From Vicinamibacterales bacterium (lineage in GTDB: Bacteria > Acidobacteriota > Vicinamibacteria > Vicinamibacterales > CAVVIG01), in assembly GCA_049679965.1 (NCBI GenBank), contig JBAUGX010000220.1, positions 33,583-97,582 on the forward strand: a DNA stretch of 64,000 bases, given 5' to 3'. The notes under the pieces are model-generated. The model searched no databases, was not told the DNA's origin, and saw nothing but the letters and a program-made list of their open reading frames with translations. This document shows, piece by piece, positions 42,941 to 52,103 of this stretch. Position 1 is the stretch's first letter. Each line of letters opens with the position of its first letter. The translations under genes were made by a program, and so were the position numbers.

Positions 42941-43126
42941 ATGCCTGAGACGCCCCTGTGTGTGTTCTGCCGGAGCCGTCCGGTCGTTGCCGGGTGGCGG
43001 CCCTTCTGCAGCGAGCGGTGCAAGATCCAGGATCTGGCACGCTGGGCGGACGGCCGGTACCGCGTGCCGGGCGAAGCGGCGACAGAGGAAAGTGAAAACT
43101 TAGAACTAAAAACTGAGAAGGACTGA
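42941..43126 (+). CDS. yacG: DNA gyrase inhibitor YacG (zinc-finger)
   Basis: CVFCRSRP...[24 protein letters not shown] matches the YacG C4 pattern. The C-terminal tail is encoded by a heptad tract. Confidence 0.75.
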   Translation: MPETPLCVFCRSRPVVAGWRPFCSERCKIQDLARWADGRYRVPGEAATEESENLELKTEKD

Positions 43127-43205
43127 GCCCCGTCCTCCTATAATTTGCCTTGCTGACGTTGTCCTTTTAACTTCTTCATTTTCCCTTTTCACTTTTCACT
43201 CTCCC
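43087..43205. repeat. Paired heptad tracts: purine-rich arm (43087-43127, yacG 3' end) and pyrimidine-rich arm (43163-43205, gltA leader)
   Basis: Arm 1 is GAAAGTG AAAACTT AGAACTA AAAACTG AGAAGGA. Arm 2 is CTTTTAA CTTCTTC ATTTTCC CTTTTCA CTTTTCA CTCTCCC. A TATAAT lies between them at 43139-43144. Confidence 0.65.
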
Positions 43206-44498
43206 ATGGCTGACACGCTGAGCATTGTCGACAACCGCACGGGCAAGCAGTACGAGCTGCCAATCAAGGACGGCACGATCCGCGCGATGGACCTGCGACA
43301 GATCAAGACCGGACCCGACGATTTCGGGATGATGACGTACGACCCCGCGTTCCTGAACACGGCGAGCTGCCGGAGCGCCATCACCTACATCGACGGCGAC
43401 AAGGGCATCCTGCTCTACCGCGGCTACCCCATCGAAGAGCTGGCCGAACACAGCGACTACCTCGAGACGGCGTACCTGATTCTGTTCGGCGAGCTGCCGA
43501 CCGCCCAACAGCTGCAGAGCTGGACGCACGAGATCACCATCCACACGATGCTCCACGAGAACATCAAGAAGTTCATGGATGGGTTCCAGTACGACGCTCA
43601 TCCGATGGGTATCTTCCTCAGCACCGTCGGGGCGCTGTCAACGTTTTATCCAGAGGCGAAGCAAGTCTTCGACAGGGAATCGCGGCGGCATCAGACGCAC
43701 CGATTGATCGCCAAGGTGCCGAGCATTGCCGCCTACGCGTACCGCCACAGCATCGGCCGGCCCTACATCTATCCGGACAACGAGCTGAGCTTCGCCGGCA
43801 ACTTCCTGAACATGCTGTTCAGAATGACCGAGGTGAAGTATCAGCCCAACCCGGTGCTCGTGCGGGCGCTCGACATCCTTTTCATCCTGCACGCGGATCA
43901 CGAGCAGAACTGCAGCACGAGCGCCATGCGCGGCATCGGCAGCTCTCAGGTCGACCCGTACTCGGCGCTGGTGGGCGCGGCCGCCGCGCTCTACGGTCCG
44001 CTGCACGGCGGCGCCAACGAGGCGGTGCTGCGCATGCTGAAGGAAATCGGATCGGTCGACCGCGTCCCGGAATTCATCAAGAAGGTCAAGTCGGGCGAGG
44101 GCGGCGTCAGGCTGATGGGCTTTGGCCACCGCGTGTACAAATCGTACGACCCGCGCGCCAAGGTCATCAAGCGGATCGCGGATCTCGTCTTCACGGTGAC
44201 GGGCAAGAACCCGTTGCTGCAGATCGCGCTCGAGCTCGAGCGCATTGCGCTGCAGGACGAATATTTCATCTCGCGCAAGCTGTATCCGAACGTCGACTTC
44301 TATTCAGGGCTCATCTACCAGGCGATGGGCTTCCCGGTGGAAATGTTCCCGGTCCTCTTCGCGATCCCGAGAACCGCCGGCTGGATTGCACAGTGGGAGG
44401 AGATGCTGCTCGACGGGGAGCAGAAGATTGCCAGACCACGGCAGATCTACACGGGCCCACAGGTTCGTGAATACGTCCCGCGCGACAAACGATCTTAG
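43206..44498 (+). CDS. gltA: Citrate synthase (type II)
   Basis: Canonical sequence, including GPLHGGANEAV and MGFGHRVYK. Confidence 0.95.
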   Translation: MADTLSIVDNRTGKQYELPIKDGTIRAMDLRQIKTGPDDFGMMTYDPAFLNTASCRSAITYIDGDKGILLYRGYPIEELAEHSDYLETAYLILFGELPTAQQLQSWTHEITIHTMLHENIKKFMDGFQYDAHPMGIFLSTVGALSTFYPEAKQVFDRESRRHQTHRLIAKVPSIAAYAYRHSIGRPYIYPDNELSFAGNFLNMLFRMTEVKYQPNPVLVRALDILFILHADHEQNCSTSAMRGIGSSQVDPYSALVGAAAALYGPLHGGANEAVLRMLKEIGSVDRVPEFIKKVKSGEGGVRLMGFGHRVYKSYDPRAKVIKRIADLVFTVTGKNPLLQIALELERIALQDEYFISRKLYPNVDFYSGLIYQAMGFPVEMFPVLFAIPRTAGWIAQWEEMLLDGEQKIARPRQIYTGPQVREYVPRDKRS

Positions 44499-44548
44499 GG
44501 ATCACGGGGATCACGCATTGCAGATTTCAGATTGCAGATTGCAGATTG
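44498..44548. repeat. Tandem repeats (GGGATCAC x2, then CAGATTT CAGATTG CAGATTG CAGATTG) at the start region of the M28 peptidase gene
   Basis: Read directly. The heptads supply TTG codons at 44518 and 44539 that are in frame with the peptidase ORF. Confidence 0.8.
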
Positions 44549-45429
44549 GCGCGCTGCTAATTGTGGCGGGCGCGTGCGTCTCGGCCCAGGCGCCGGCGCT
44601 CGCGTTTGACTCCAATCGCGCGTGGGAGCATCTCCGGCAGCTCGTCGCCATCGGCCCGCGGCCTGCCGCCTCCCCTGCCATCGAACAGGCCCGCGCCTAC
44701 ATCAAGAATCAGGTCGCGGCGGCCGGCCTCACCGCGGTCGAGCAGGCCTGGGACGATCAGACGCCGCTCGGCAGGATGCGGATGGTGAATCTGATCGTCA
44801 CGATCCCCGGCGCGCGGAAGGACCGGATCGTGATTGCCGGGCACTACGACACGAAGCTCTTCCGTCAGTTCCGCTTTGTCGGCGCCAACGACGGCGGGTC
44901 GAGCGCGGCGTTTCTCATCGAGCTCGCCCGCGTGCTGACGGCACGCCGGAACCCGCTGACCATCGAGTTGCTCTTCCTCGACGGCGAAGAGGCGGTCAAC
45001 ACCGAATGGGCCGGCAACGACAACACGTACGGCAGCCGGCACTACGTGGACGTCGCCAAGAAAGACGGCTCGCTCGCGGGCCTCAAGGCATTCATCCTCG
45101 TCGACATGATTGGCGATCGCGATCTCCGGATCCGGCGCGACTTGAACTCGACGCGCTGGCTGACCGACATCGTCTGGGACGCGGCCAAGCGACAGAAGCT
45201 CGAGGGCACCTTCATCGCGGAGACGACGTCGGTCGAGGACGACCATATCCCGTTCCTGCAGGCCGGCGTGCCGTCGGTGGATATCATCGACCTCGACTTC
45301 GCCGCGTGGCACACCGCGCAGGACACGCTCGACGCCGTCAGCGCGCGCAGCTTACAGGCCGTCGGCGACGTCGTCCTCGCCGCACTCCCGCAGATCGAAG
45401 CACGCCTCACCGCCGCGCCAGCACGATAG
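44518..45429 (+). CDS. Secreted M28-family metallopeptidase (aminopeptidase / glutaminyl-cyclase-like); start uncertain (TTG 44518 or 44539)
   Basis: Signal-like GALLIVAGACVSAQA, plus GHYDTK, NDGGSSAA, FLDGEE and LVDMIGD metal-ligand motifs. The ORF-track start 44245 overlaps gltA and is rejected. Confidence 0.75.
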   Translation: MQISDCRLQIGALLIVAGACVSAQAPALAFDSNRAWEHLRQLVAIGPRPAASPAIEQARAYIKNQVAAAGLTAVEQAWDDQTPLGRMRMVNLIVTIPGARKDRIVIAGHYDTKLFRQFRFVGANDGGSSAAFLIELARVLTARRNPLTIELLFLDGEEAVNTEWAGNDNTYGSRHYVDVAKKDGSLAGLKAFILVDMIGDRDLRIRRDLNSTRWLTDIVWDAAKRQKLEGTFIAETTSVEDDHIPFLQAGVPSVDIIDLDFAAWHTAQDTLDAVSARSLQAVGDVVLAALPQIEARLTAAPAR

Positions 45430-45439
45430 CTGACATGAC

Positions 45440-45470
45440 AATCCGGCTAAAGCCGGATCCCACGTCCGAC
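45440..45470 (+). repeat. REP-like hairpin element, copy 2
   Basis: AATCCGGCTAAAGCCGGATCCCACGTCCGAC, with stem TCCGGC/GCCGGA and loop TAAA. Confidence 0.75.
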
Positions 45471-45495
45471 ACGGTCACATGTCGCTGTCTTTGAT

Positions 45496-45525
45496 GACGT
45501 ACGTGGGGTCCGGCTTCAGCCGGCC
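45496..45525 (-). repeat. REP-like hairpin element, copy 3 (inverted relative to copy 2; overlaps the last codons of ORF 45516-45848)
   Basis: The reverse complement GGCCGGCTGAAGCCGGACCCCACGTACGTC matches copy 1 at 28 of 30 positions. Confidence 0.75.
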
Positions 45526-45848
45526 CGCGGCCGACGCGCCGACAGCTGCACAGCAACAAGTCCGACGACGAGAATGGCCGCGCCGGCAGCCGTCGCCATC
45601 CACAGGCCACGGATCACGGCCGGACGCATCCAGTCGTCGATGTGCGCGTAGGGGCCAGGTCCCCTCGCCGCCAGCGTTGCTGCCCGCACATACTCTCGGC
45701 CGGCGACGACGATCACACGGTCGAATACGACATTCCAGACGACAATCGCCCAGACGATCCACAGGACTCTGGCCAGGCGCCTGGCGCGCGCCGGCTGCCT
45801 CAGCTCAACCAGACGTCCGCGCACCCAAGCACCTAAGAACCGAAGCAC
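45516..45848 (-). CDS. Small hypothetical membrane protein (two predicted helices) trailing the bio operon
   Basis: A GTG start abuts the bioA stop. The N-terminal codons lie within the octamer repeat, so the start is uncertain. Confidence 0.4.
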   Translation of the reverse strand: MLRFLGAWVRGRLVELRQPARARRLARVLWIVWAIVVWNVVFDRVIVVAGREYVRAATLAARGPGPYAHIDDWMRPAVIRGLWMATAAGAAILVVGLVAVQLSARRPRAG

Positions 45849-45861
45849 CTAAGCACCACAG
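45822..45861. repeat. Five tandem octanucleotide units (CACCCAAG CACCTAAG AACCGAAG CACCTAAG CACCACAG) across the bioA stop
   Basis: Read directly. The tract straddles the bioA stop codon (45849-45851) and the start of the next ORF. Confidence 0.8.
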
Positions 45862-47204
45862 AGGTCAGCGAGCACCTCATGGATCTGAGTTATCGCCCAT
45901 GTCGTCTCTGCCTGCGTGATGACGTACGGTGGCATGAAGTACAGAATGTTGCCGAGCGGACGTAGCAGGAGACCGCGAGACAGGAAGGCCGCCGCAAGGC
46001 GAGGTCCGATGTCGTCGAGGTACCCGCCCGCATCCTTCCGCACTTTGTCTGTGACCAACTCGACGATGCCCACTCCCCCGATGACGCGAACGTCACCAAC
46101 CATCGGAAGCGTGGCCAGCGGTGACAGACCCTTTTCCAGCCAGCCCTCGAGCGCGCGAACGGCGTCGAGTGTGCCCGTCTCCCCGAACAGATCCAGGCTA
46201 GCCAGCGCGACCGCACACGCCAGCGGATTGGCGGTGAACGAATGGCCGTGGAAAAACGTCTTCGAGCGGTCGTCGCTCGAAAAGGCCTCGTAGACGGCCT
46301 CGGTCGCGACCGTCGCCCCGAGCGGTAGATAACCTGCCGTCAGCGCCTTCGACAGGCAGACGATGTCGGGCGACACCGCGGCGTGCTCGCACGCAAACAT
46401 CCGTCCGGTCCGGCCGAAGCCCGTCAACACCTCGTCGGCAATCATGAGGGTGTCAAAGCGATCGCACAGGCGCCGGACGCCAGCGAGGAACTCGGCCGGC
46501 CACACGATCATGCCGCCCGCCCCTTGCAGCATCGGTTCGACGAGCACGCCAGCCACCGAACCAGAGTGTTCTCGCAACAGCCGCTCGAGGTCGCCGAGGC
46601 AATCGATCTGGCAGGTCGATCGCTTCAGCCCCAGCGGGCAGCGATAACAGTACGGCGAATGCGCTCGCAGGACGTCGAACAACATCGATGCGAACGGACG
46701 CGTGAAGATAGAGTCCTCGCTCGCCGACATCGCCCCGACCGTATCGCCGTGGTACGCGTGGTGAAGCGTGATGAAGGTCCGTCGCGAGGGCTCGCCTCGG
46801 TTGCCCCAGTACTGAAGGGCCAGCTTCAGCGCCACTTCCACCGCCGTGGATCCGTTGTCCGAGTAGAACACTCGCGTCAGCCCTTGAGGCAGCACGGCGA
46901 CCAGCCGCTCGGCCAACCGGACAGCTGGCGGATGCGTACAGCCAGCGAAGACGACGTGCTCGAGCTGGCGCGCTTGCGTCGCGAGTGCCTCGTTGAGGCG
47001 CGGATGCGAGTGGCCGTGAATGTTGACCCACCACGAAGAGATCCCGTCGAGCAGGCGGCGGCCGTCCTCCGTATAGAGGTACACGCCCTCACCCCTGACG
47101 ATCGGCAGCGGCGGCGCCGCCGTCCGCGCCTGCGTGTACGGGTGCCACACACAGGCGCGATCGCGATCTACGAGCGTCGGCGGCACGGTCGCCGGCTCGC
47201 TCAT
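45849..47204 (-). CDS. bioA: Adenosylmethionine-8-amino-7-oxononanoate aminotransferase
   Basis: ATG 47204 overlaps the bioD stop (ATGA). A class-III aminotransferase with typical BioA N-terminus VWHPYTQ. Confidence 0.9.
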   Translation of the reverse strand: MSEPATVPPTLVDRDRACVWHPYTQARTAAPPLPIVRGEGVYLYTEDGRRLLDGISSWWVNIHGHSHPRLNEALATQARQLEHVVFAGCTHPPAVRLAERLVAVLPQGLTRVFYSDNGSTAVEVALKLALQYWGNRGEPSRRTFITLHHAYHGDTVGAMSASEDSIFTRPFASMLFDVLRAHSPYCYRCPLGLKRSTCQIDCLGDLERLLREHSGSVAGVLVEPMLQGAGGMIVWPAEFLAGVRRLCDRFDTLMIADEVLTGFGRTGRMFACEHAAVSPDIVCLSKALTAGYLPLGATVATEAVYEAFSSDDRSKTFFHGHSFTANPLACAVALASLDLFGETGTLDAVRALEGWLEKGLSPLATLPMVGDVRVIGGVGIVELVTDKVRKDAGGYLDDIGPRLAAAFLSRGLLLRPLGNILYFMPPYVITQAETTWAITQIHEVLADLCGA

Positions 47205-47863
47205 CCGAGGAACTCCATCAGCCGACCTTCCGGATCGAGCGAGGTCCGCGCCCATCGCTCGAGCGGACGAGGATCGAGCCGGGCCAGCATCGGCAATTCG
47301 CCAAGCACGCGCACGACGCCGTAGCGTTCGATCGCGAGCCGGTTCTCGGCGTCAGCCACGCCGACCATCACCAGGCCGGCGATTCGCACCAACCGCGCGC
47401 GCAGCACTTCGAGCGTCAGCAGCGTGTGGTTGATGGTTCCGAGGCCGCTGCGCGCGACGATGACAACCGGCAGGTCGAGCCCGACGATCAGATCGATCAT
47501 CAGTTCGGACTCGTTCAGAGGCACGAGCACGCCGCCGGCGCCCTCGACAATCCAGCGGTCCGTCGGCGGCTGCGATGCGACGAGTGCCGTCAGCATGCCG
47601 ATGTCGATCCGCTCGCCCGTGAGCTGCGCAGCAAGGTGCGGCGACACCGCCGGCGCAAACCGGAACCCCTCGTCGACAATCTCGGTCGCCGAACAGGCGG
47701 CCAGCCGCCGCACCTCGGCCGTGTCGTCACTGTGTTCGGTACCGGTCTGGATCGGCTTCCAGTACTTGATAGGTGCCGCGCCGCGATAGCGGCAGAGGAG
47801 CGCCGCCGACACGACCGTCTTGCCGATGTTGGTATCGGTTCCGGTTACAAAGACGCCGCGCAA
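47201..47863 (-). CDS. bioD: Dethiobiotin synthase
   Basis: The candidate TTG 47863 follows GGGAGG and overlaps the bioF end. The P-loop is VTGTDTNIGKT. Confidence 0.8.
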   Translation of the reverse strand: MRGVFVTGTDTNIGKTVVSAALLCRYRGAAPIKYWKPIQTGTEHSDDTAEVRRLAACSATEIVDEGFRFAPAVSPHLAAQLTGERIDIGMLTALVASQPPTDRWIVEGAGGVLVPLNESELMIDLIVGLDLPVVIVARSGLGTINHTLLTLEVLRARLVRIAGLVMVGVADAENRLAIERYGVVRVLGELPMLARLDPRPLERWARTSLDPEGRLMEFLG

Positions 47864-48999
47864 CAGACTCCGACCTCCCTGAGCGTGTCGGCCAGCGTGC
47901 TCGCGAACCGATCGATTGTCTCCTCGGACAGGCCGGCGTTCACCGAGACTCGGAGCCGCGCGGTGCCCGACGGGACGCTCGGCGGACGAATCGCCCGCAC
48001 GTCGAATCCTCTCGCCTGGAGCGCGTTCGCGACGGTGACGGCCCGGTCGTTGTCGCCGATCACGATGGGGATGATCTGCGACGTCCCGGCTGTCTGGATG
48101 ACACCCGCCTCGAGCAGCTTCGATCGCAACCGTCCGGCGCGGGCGGCGAGCCGATCGCGCCGATCCGGTTCGTTCGCCACGACGTCGAGGCTCGCGTCCA
48201 GGGCGGAGGCGAGCGCGGGCGGAGCGGCGGTTGAGAATACGAAGGGCCGGGCCCGCTGGATCAGGTAGTCGACCGCCCATGCGGGGCCCGCGACGAACGC
48301 ACCGCCAACGCCGAGCGCTTTCCCCGCCGTGTTCACGGAGATACACGCGCCGCCATCGACGCCGCACGCTTCGAGCAGCCCGCTTCCGGTCGCCCCGTAG
48401 ATCCCGACGGCATGCGCTTCGTCGACAATGAGGGTGGCGCCGGTCGAGCGGCACAGGCGCGCGTACTCGGCGAGCGGTGCCATGTCGCCGTCCATGCTGA
48501 AGAGCGATTCCACCACGATGAAGCGATGTGTGGCGTCTCCGGCCTCGCCCATCAGCCTCGCCAGTCCATCGACGTCATTGTGCGGGAAGACGATCCGGCG
48601 GGCGGGCGACAGCCGCGCACCGTCGATCAGGCTGGCGTGATTCCGGTCGTCGGAGAAGATCACGTCGTCCTGCTCGCCGAGCGTCGTCAGCACGGCCAGA
48701 TTGGCGAGATAACCGCTCGAGAAGTACAGCGCCGCCTCGGTGCCTTTGAAGCGCGCGAAGCGGCGCTCGATCGCCTGGAATGCCTCGCGCTCGCCACGCA
48801 GCAGGCGCGACCCGGTGCTGCCGCATCCCTCGCGAGCGACCGCCTGAATCAGCCGCTCGACGATGAGCGGATGTGTGGCGAGACTCAGGTAGTCGTTCGA
48901 GGAGAGATCGATCCCGGAGGGTGGACGGAGCACGCGCAGCAGGCCGGACGCCTCCCAGCCGGCGAGTCGCTCGCGCACACGGGCTTCAAGCGAATTCAT
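47845..48999 (-). CDS. bioF: 8-amino-7-oxononanoate synthase
   Basis: Alpha-oxoamine synthase family, lying between bioB and bioD. Confidence 0.9.
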   Translation of the reverse strand: MNSLEARVRERLAGWEASGLLRVLRPPSGIDLSSNDYLSLATHPLIVERLIQAVAREGCGSTGSRLLRGEREAFQAIERRFARFKGTEAALYFSSGYLANLAVLTTLGEQDDVIFSDDRNHASLIDGARLSPARRIVFPHNDVDGLARLMGEAGDATHRFIVVESLFSMDGDMAPLAEYARLCRSTGATLIVDEAHAVGIYGATGSGLLEACGVDGGACISVNTAGKALGVGGAFVAGPAWAVDYLIQRARPFVFSTAAPPALASALDASLDVVANEPDRRDRLAARAGRLRSKLLEAGVIQTAGTSQIIPIVIGDNDRAVTVANALQARGFDVRAIRPPSVPSGTARLRVSVNAGLSEETIDRFASTLADTLREVGVCCAASL

Positions 49000-49011
49000 G
49001 GTTCCCGGCCG

Positions 49012-50016
49012 CTACGAAGTGGGCGGGCTCTCCTGCAGTCGCAATCCTAGCTTCTCGAACAGCTGCGCGTCACGATCGACGCCCGGATTGGGTGTCGTCA
49101 GGAGACGATCGCCGAGAAACACCGAGTTGGCGCCGGCGAGAAAGCACAGCGCTTGCGCCTCGTCTGAGAGCGACAGGCGGCCTGCGCTCAGGCGGACCGT
49201 CGACGCGGGCATCAGGATGCGCGCGGTGGCAATCGTGCGGACCAGCTCGAGCGGATCCTCGGGCGGCAGATCGGCCAGCGGCGTGCCGGAGACTCGGACC
49301 AGCAGATTGATCGGCACGCTCTCGGGGTGCGGGTCGAGCGTCGCCAGCTGCCGCAGCAGGCCATAGCGGACGCGCCGGCTCTCGCCCATGCCGATGATGC
49401 CGCCGGAGCACACCGTGACACCGGCCCTCCGGACGCGCGCCAGCGTCTCCAGCCGGTCGTCGTAGGTCCGCGTCGTGATGATCTGGCCGTAGAACTCGGG
49501 CGCCGTGTCGAGGTTGTGGTTGTAGGCTGTCAGCCCGGCCTCGGCGAGCGCCTCGGCTTGCTCGCCGGTGAGCATGCCGAGCGTGCAGCACGCCTCCATG
49601 CCGAGCCCGCGCACGACGCGCACCATCTCGAGGACGCGCCCAAACTGTGGGCCGTCGGGCACGTCGCGCCAGGCGGCGCCCATGCAGAAGCGCGTCGCCC
49701 CCTGCTGGCGGGCGCGCGTGGCCGCCTCGGTCATCTCCTCGAGATCGACCAGCTCGGTCCGCGTCACCCCGGTCTGGTAGTGCGCCGACTGCGGGCAGTA
49801 CCCGCAGTCCTCCGGGCATCCGCCAGTTTTGATGCTGAGCAGGACACAGCCCTGCACCTCATCCGCCCGGTGCCACGCGCGGTGCGTCTGCTGGGCCTGA
49901 AAGATAAGGTCGGTCAGCGGAGCCGCGTAAATGGAGGCGATCTCGTCGAGCGTCCAGTCGTGTCGGATCGCGGGCTGAGCAGGAGTGGCGGTCGTCACGA
50001 GTGCTGAGTCTAACAT
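49012..50016 (-). CDS. bioB: Biotin synthase
   Basis: ATG 50016. The radical-SAM motif is [11 protein letters not shown]. Confidence 0.9.
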   Translation of the reverse strand: MLDSALVTTATPAQPAIRHDWTLDEIASIYAAPLTDLIFQAQQTHRAWHRADEVQGCVLLSIKTGGCPEDCGYCPQSAHYQTGVTRTELVDLEEMTEAATRARQQGATRFCMGAAWRDVPDGPQFGRVLEMVRVVRGLGMEACCTLGMLTGEQAEALAEAGLTAYNHNLDTAPEFYGQIITTRTYDDRLETLARVRRAGVTVCSGGIIGMGESRRVRYGLLRQLATLDPHPESVPINLLVRVSGTPLADLPPEDPLELVRTIATARILMPASTVRLSAGRLSLSDEAQALCFLAGANSVFLGDRLLTTPNPGVDRDAQLFEKLGLRLQESPPTS

Positions 50017-50020
50017 CTCG

Positions 50021-50311
50021 CTATCGGCGGCGCGAGAGCACGCGGAGCACGGCAATCACCACGACGCCGCCGATGATGGCCCACTGCACGGCCTGGGGAG
50101 GCAGTCCGGGCGGCGTCGGGCCGGCGTAAGCGATGAACAGCAGCAGCAGGACCAGAAAGACGAAGGCAAGCAGCGCCAACTGCAGATGGAGCGACGACCG
50201 GCGCCGCCCTGGAACCGGTGCTGTGACGGCCGGCTCGGCGGTCGCCGCGCCGCAGCGAAAGCACACGAGCGCCTTTTCGGCGATTTCAGTTCCGCACTGG
50301 CGGCAAAGCAT
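50021..50311 (-). CDS. Zinc-ribbon domain membrane protein
   Basis: N-terminal CRQCGTEI...CFRCGA is followed by two hydrophobic helices. Confidence 0.55.
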   Translation of the reverse strand: MLCRQCGTEIAEKALVCFRCGAATAEPAVTAPVPGRRRSSLHLQLALLAFVFLVLLLLFIAYAGPTPPGLPPQAVQWAIIGGVVVIAVLRVLSRRR

Positions 50312-50323
50312 GGAGGAAGTAAT

Positions 50324-51163
50324 TTACGCCGCTCGTCGTTGCACGAGCGGCCGCACGGAGGCCATGATAATCAGAACGAGGCCGAAGGTGCAGACGATCG
50401 TCGCACCGGTCGGCAGATCGAGCCGGAGCGAGAGATACACGCCAAGCGCCGACACGATCGTGCCCATCGACCAGCCAATCGCGAGCCGCTTGCCGATCTG
50501 ATCGGCATATAGCATGGCCGCGACGGAGGGCACGATCAGATAGCAGAAGACGAGCAGCACGCCGGCAATTGCCACGGATGATGTGACGACGAAGCCGAAT
50601 GACGCGTAAAACAGGAAATCCCACAGCCTGATCGAGATCCCCTCGGCCTCGGCTCGCGCTGGGTCCATCGAAATAGCGAGAAACTTGTGGCGGCAGAGGA
50701 AATGGAACAACCCGACCGCACCGTAGAGCGCCGCGGTCTCCCCCACTTCGGGCCACGACACGGCGAGGATGTTGCCGACGAGCATGTCCTTGAGGTGCTC
50801 GCTTTCAGACGTGGCTTTGCTCAACGCCAGAATCGCCGCCGCTGACGCGACCGCGTAGCAAATGCCGATAATCGCTTCCAGTGGGATGCGCGCATGGCGG
50901 CCGCGAATGGTCGAGAAGACCAGAGCGCCGATGAACGTGAACGCCAGACTGATCCAATAGACCGCCGCGCCGTGCGGATCGCCGCCAGAGATCGGTAGCA
51001 GCAGCGCAATGGTTGCGCCGAGGGCCGCGATCTGGGCCAGCGAGAGGTCGACGAAGATCACGCCGCGCTCGACGACGTGCACGCCGAGATACGCGTGGAT
51101 GCCGGTGAGGATCAAACTGGCTGCGAACGGCGCCGCCAGGAATTCGAGCGTTGAGGTGTCCAT
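50324..51163 (-). CDS. Metal (Zn/Mn) ABC transporter permease, ABC-3 family
   Basis: A ZnuB/MntB-like polytopic sequence downstream of the binding protein. Confidence 0.8.
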   Translation of the reverse strand: MDTSTLEFLAAPFAASLILTGIHAYLGVHVVERGVIFVDLSLAQIAALGATIALLLPISGGDPHGAAVYWISLAFTFIGALVFSTIRGRHARIPLEAIIGICYAVASAAAILALSKATSESEHLKDMLVGNILAVSWPEVGETAALYGAVGLFHFLCRHKFLAISMDPARAEAEGISIRLWDFLFYASFGFVVTSSVAIAGVLLVFCYLIVPSVAAMLYADQIGKRLAIGWSMGTIVSALGVYLSLRLDLPTGATIVCTFGLVLIIMASVRPLVQRRAA

Positions 51164-51165
51164 GC

Positions 51166-52095
51166 CTACTTCGCCGGGTTCTTCCTGATCGCGTCGATCA
51201 GCAGGCCAAGATTGTAGTCAAACAGCTTGAAGTAGTCGGTCACTTCCTTGACCCCGCCGACCGAGGGCGGCATCACGAGCACCTCGGCGCCCGTCGCCCG
51301 GCCGATCGCGTTGGGCGTCTTCAGATCGAAATACGGCTCGACCAGCACCAGCTTCACGTTGGCCCGCTTCATCTCGTTGATGAGGTCGAGCGTGTGCTGC
51401 GGCGACGGCGGTATGCCCGGGCGCGGCTCGACGTAGCCGACGATGTCGAGGCCGAAACGTTCGGCGAAATTGGGGAACGAGCGATGGTAGGTGACCATCT
51501 TCGTGCCCTTGTAGGGCGCCATCATCGCCAGCCAACGTTTCTCCGCGGCGTCGAGGCGCAATGTGAAATCGCCGAGTCGCTGCTCGAAGTACGCGCGATC
51601 GTTTGGACGCAACCGCGACAGCGTGCCGGCGATCTGTCGCGCGATGTGCTTGCCGTTCTCCGGATCCATCCAATAGTGGGGATTCCCCAGTGGGTGGACG
51701 TCGCCCATCGCCCGGGTAATCTGGCCGGTCGGAATGTCGAGGATCTGCGCCTCGAGTGACGCGTCGAGATAGCCATCGGCACCGGCCTGAATCTTCGCGT
51801 TGCGGCTTTGCAGGATGAGCGGCGGCAGCCATCCGACCTCGAGCTCGCGCCCGACGAGGACCAGCAGGTCGGCTCTCTGGAGCTTGAGGATGAAGCTCGG
51901 CTTGGCCTCGACGTAGTGCGGATCCTGGTACCCCTTCGCGATCGACTCGACGGTAATCCGATCGCCCCCGACTTCCCTCGCAATCGACGCGAGATCCTCG
52001 GTCGTCGTCATTACATTCAACTTGCTCTGGGCGAATGCCGGCGCGCCCATGGCCACGGCCACAACGAGAGCGCTGAGAGACATCCTGCGTTTCAT
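51166..52095 (-). CDS. Metal ABC transporter substrate-binding protein (ZnuA/TroA family)
   Basis: Signal peptide plus cluster-9 SBP features (DPHYVEAKP, NPHYWMDP). Confidence 0.8.
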   Translation of the reverse strand: MKRRMSLSALVVAVAMGAPAFAQSKLNVMTTTEDLASIAREVGGDRITVESIAKGYQDPHYVEAKPSFILKLQRADLLVLVGRELEVGWLPPLILQSRNAKIQAGADGYLDASLEAQILDIPTGQITRAMGDVHPLGNPHYWMDPENGKHIARQIAGTLSRLRPNDRAYFEQRLGDFTLRLDAAEKRWLAMMAPYKGTKMVTYHRSFPNFAERFGLDIVGYVEPRPGIPPSPQHTLDLINEMKRANVKLVLVEPYFDLKTPNAIGRATGAEVLVMPPSVGGVKEVTDYFKLFDYNLGLLIDAIRKNPAK

Positions 52096-52103
52096 AAGAA
52101 CCT

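Noticed and set aside
44245-44517. ORF-track start of the M28 peptidase at 44245
   Set aside because: It overlaps the last 250 nt of citrate synthase in another frame. The signal peptide begins only after the gltA stop.
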